64,000 nucleotides of DNA from Candidatus Aldehydirespiratoraceae bacterium (lineage in GTDB: Bacteria > Actinomycetota > Acidimicrobiia > Acidimicrobiales > Aldehydirespiratoraceae): NCBI GenBank assembly GCA_965198365.1, contig OZ240617.1:195938-259937 (forward strand), in the 5' to 3' direction. The position numbers and the translations under genes were made by a program. Below, one piece after another: positions 61,649 through 64,000 of the stretch. How positions within the stretch are numbered: position 1 is the stretch's first letter; each line of letters starts with the position of its first letter. The notes below the pieces were generated by a model, which searched no databases, was not told the DNA's origin, and worked only from the letters and a program-made list of their open reading frames with translations.

Positions 61649-61976
61649 GGCTAGCGCACAGAAGAACAAGCACACCGCACGCTCCACGCGAGTCCTAAGG
61701 GTCGGGAGGCAGCTCCAAAGTGGCAATCATCAGCTTGGCTTACGAAACGGGCTCTGAGTGGTCAAGAACCCGAGCGCGGAATGTTAGCCACCAGACCTTG
61801 GCCCAGTTCAGAGGGGCAAATGCCAACCGCTCAGCGGCTATACCCCAGCGAACCTAGCGATGGCCTCAGTTATCTCGTCAGCTATCTCCGTGCTAGAGCG
61901 GTGGACTTGACCAGAAACTCGTTCCGACCCTGAGCCTACCTGACGCGACTTTGCGGCTGTATGTACTGTTCCATTG

Positions 61977-63947
61977 CTATACCCGGACTCGGAGGCGCAT
62001 GTCGACTCTCGGCGTAAGGGCTTCGAGCTGGGTCGCGTACGTTCGCAACACTTGGTCGTAGAGGTCGGGTGTGCGCTTGGACTCGACCGTGATAACCATC
62101 GCGTAACGGATCTTCGGAGCGTGTGAGGTGCCGTCATGGCCGCCAAGCCGAGCATTGTGGTGAATGTCGAATACGGGGCCACGGAGACTTGAGCCGCGCT
62201 TCGTGAGGGTCTGATGAAGCACTGTTTCCCACTTGTGCGCGTCAGCGCGCAGGTTCGCTCCGCCGACGAATGAGCGTTGACCGAAGAAGGAGGATGACTT
62301 GGGGTTCATCGAAGTCGGTGACGAGAACCTGGTGTTGTCTGGTCGAAAGACCACCTCCACCCCACTTCGTGTGTAGTTGGAAGGCTGCTCTGGCTCGACC
62401 GTTGTAGCGAAGACGAGTGTTGCGGTGATCGTCACCACCCCGACCAATGTTTCGGATGGCACCGGTAGCTGAGCGCGTAGGTACTTGGCGGGTGTCAAGT
62501 TCCCTTGGTAGACAACCCGGGCGACCCCGTCGCCGCACATTACGATCGGCTCAAGTTCTGTGCGGACTCGGCCCCAACCGTGTTGATGATGATCGTGGCC
62601 GTCATGCTGCTGGGCGGTATGTATGAGCAGTGCCTTGAGTGCAAGTGGATCCATCCGATCCCCGAACAGACTCCTTACTCCCAGTGCCGCACGAAGCGCT
62701 GAGGGAGAAGCGAAGCTCGTACCCTGCTCGGCAACGACGGACTCAGCGTCCCCAACCGTCAGGAACGGTTCTTCGAGAGTACCGCCGAACGCCAGCACAT
62801 CTGGTTTGACAATCCCTGGAGCCCTGCCTGGACCGAGCGCCGAATAGGTCGCTCTATCCCAGTCGTCGTTCTGCGAGGAAGCCGCTCCAACCGAGACCGC
62901 ATTGACCGAATCACTCGGCACTTGGATCCGCGCGTTGCCGCTCGGTCGATCGAACTCGCCGTTGTTCCCTACGGCGACGGTCGCGAGTGTGCGACCATCT
63001 GCGAGTTGGGTATCCAAAAACGCCGTCCATGAATGTACTTCGTCATCCTCGATGGGCAGGGAGGGGCCGATACTCAGATTGACGAACGAGTAGTCACGCT
63101 GGTTGAGGATCGATTCGATCCTTCGGATCACGTCGTACAGTTCGAACGGGTCTTTGCCGCTCTTGTCGTCGATGACGCGGAAGTGGTCTACATGCGCAAA
63201 GGGAACTGGGGCCTCCGAGTCGGGATCAACCGAACCGAACAAGAGCGCGGATGTAACGTTCAATCCGTGGTCAAGGTACTCGTCCGTCGGGTTTCCCAAG
63301 CCTGGAGCATCCCGTCCTGTCACCCACTTCCTGAGTGAAGAGTGGCGTCGAATTCCACCGTCGAAGACGGCGACACGCAGGTCAGGGTCAACGGGCTGAC
63401 CGTCTGGCAGGGAGACCTTGACCCCCGTGATCGCTCTCGGAATCGTGTTGATCGGCTCGAGGATTCGCAGGCGAGGCATCGGACGCACAACCCGCAGGAA
63501 CGAGAACTGGGCAAGGCTCGCAAGCTGGCTGGATGGCGCCTGAGTTGGAACGAAACACAGCCCACCGACAGCGAGTCGGCGGTCTAGATCGACATCGACG
63601 CCAAGCGTGAGCGCGAAAGCCTCGAAGGCTTCAAGAACAAAACCGTAGTGTGTGCGCCCAGCCGCGTGCAGCACGACCTCCAGTGAGATCTCATCGGGAA
63701 GCGTGGCTGGGAACGGTGATCGTTCTCTAGCAGACGGCATCCGGTACTGCTCGACTACGACTATGCCCTCCTCATCGCGTGCCAGCTTCTCGCTCTTGTC
63801 TTGCAGGTGTCTCGCCCAACTGCGCAGTTCGGCACGGGTCGATTCGAGAAAGAGTTCCGTAGTAGGGCGCAACTCAGTGCCTGGACGAGTCCTATACAGC
63901 CGATTCCCGTCTGGATCGCTCGTCTGGTGCATATTGAGTTCCGGCAT
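61977..63947 (-). CDS. S8 family (subtilisin-like) serine peptidase with a large N-terminal non-catalytic region
   Basis: Catalytic triad contexts VAVFDGGI (Asp), DHGLNVTSALLFGS (His) and GTSFASPSALRAAL (Ser). The frame stays open upstream of ATG 63947 to the window end, so the start is provisional. Confidence 0.75.
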   Translation of the reverse strand: MPELNMHQTSDPDGNRLYRTRPGTELRPTTELFLESTRAELRSWARHLQDKSEKLARDEEGIVVVEQYRMPSARERSPFPATLPDEISLEVVLHAAGRTHYGFVLEAFEAFALTLGVDVDLDRRLAVGGLCFVPTQAPSSQLASLAQFSFLRVVRPMPRLRILEPINTIPRAITGVKVSLPDGQPVDPDLRVAVFDGGIRRHSSLRKWVTGRDAPGLGNPTDEYLDHGLNVTSALLFGSVDPDSEAPVPFAHVDHFRVIDDKSGKDPFELYDVIRRIESILNQRDYSFVNLSIGPSLPIEDDEVHSWTAFLDTQLADGRTLATVAVGNNGEFDRPSGNARIQVPSDSVNAVSVGAASSQNDDWDRATYSALGPGRAPGIVKPDVLAFGGTLEEPFLTVGDAESVVAEQGTSFASPSALRAALGVRSLFGDRMDPLALKALLIHTAQQHDGHDHHQHGWGRVRTELEPIVMCGDGVARVVYQGNLTPAKYLRAQLPVPSETLVGVVTITATLVFATTVEPEQPSNYTRSGVEVVFRPDNTRFSSPTSMNPKSSSFFGQRSFVGGANLRADAHKWETVLHQTLTKRGSSLRGPVFDIHHNARLGGHDGTSHAPKIRYAMVITVESKRTPDLYDQVLRTYATQLEALTPRVDMRLRVRV

Positions 63948-64000
63948 GATTTGGCGCGGACGGCTGCCAACGAACTTGAAGCCCGCAGCTCTGAGTAGAC

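Noticed and set aside
61838-62182. 114-aa minus-strand ORF overlapping the 3' end of the S8 peptidase gene.
   Set aside because: It overlaps the well-supported peptidase frame by about 200 nt and has no motifs, so it is likely spurious.

Overview
High-GC, Actinomycetota-like chromosomal segment. The lineage call rests on gene content: F420/Ddn-type nitroreductase, LLM oxidoreductase, HisN, DUF3105 lipoprotein, WS/DGAT and many VapBC pairs. No rRNA genes, CRISPR arrays, transposases or integrases were recognised. 1-30 kb is mostly metabolic: a tRNA-Ile 3' end, WS/DGAT plus a lipase-like hydrolase, crotonase, D-aminoacylase, TauD, a CoxM/S/L-type molybdenum hydroxylase followed by a MoaD/ThiS-like GG protein, amidohydrolases, an SDR, GlnRS, tRNA-Arg, two divergent VapBC pairs and a cell-wall amidase. 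30-39 kb is accessory: a KhtT/KhtU-like K+/H+ antiporter pair, a P-loop kinase-Nudix fusion, a Fic protein, a CDF transporter, a third VapBC, an XRE antitoxin with a toxin remnant, and a wHTH + beta-class DNA methyltransferase + PD-(D/E)xK nuclease module. 39-61 kb is a cell-surface island of giant repeat proteins plus two GH16-fold paralogs. It is followed by tRNA-Ser and an S8 subtilase at the window edge. Main points for a second look: (1) A glutathione peroxidase has an in-frame TGA at its catalytic residue, followed by an fdhF-like SECIS hairpin; it is a probable selenoprotein that the ORF track splits. (2) A roughly 2,976-aa S-layer-homology-anchored protein carries an embedded sulfatase domain, and its frame is broken only by a G14 homopolymer. 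A second tract (G13) sits just upstream of the RBS of the divergent surface-protein gene, so this is either a candidate phase-variable locus or homopolymer assembly error. (3) A second surface-protein gene is split by a frameshift that is not in a homopolymer. (4) The surface island holds several near-identical intragenic tandem duplications, a poly-Gly microsatellite and a 4 x 35-bp intergenic repeat. (5) Several gene remnants and periodic repeat arrays lie in intergenic regions.
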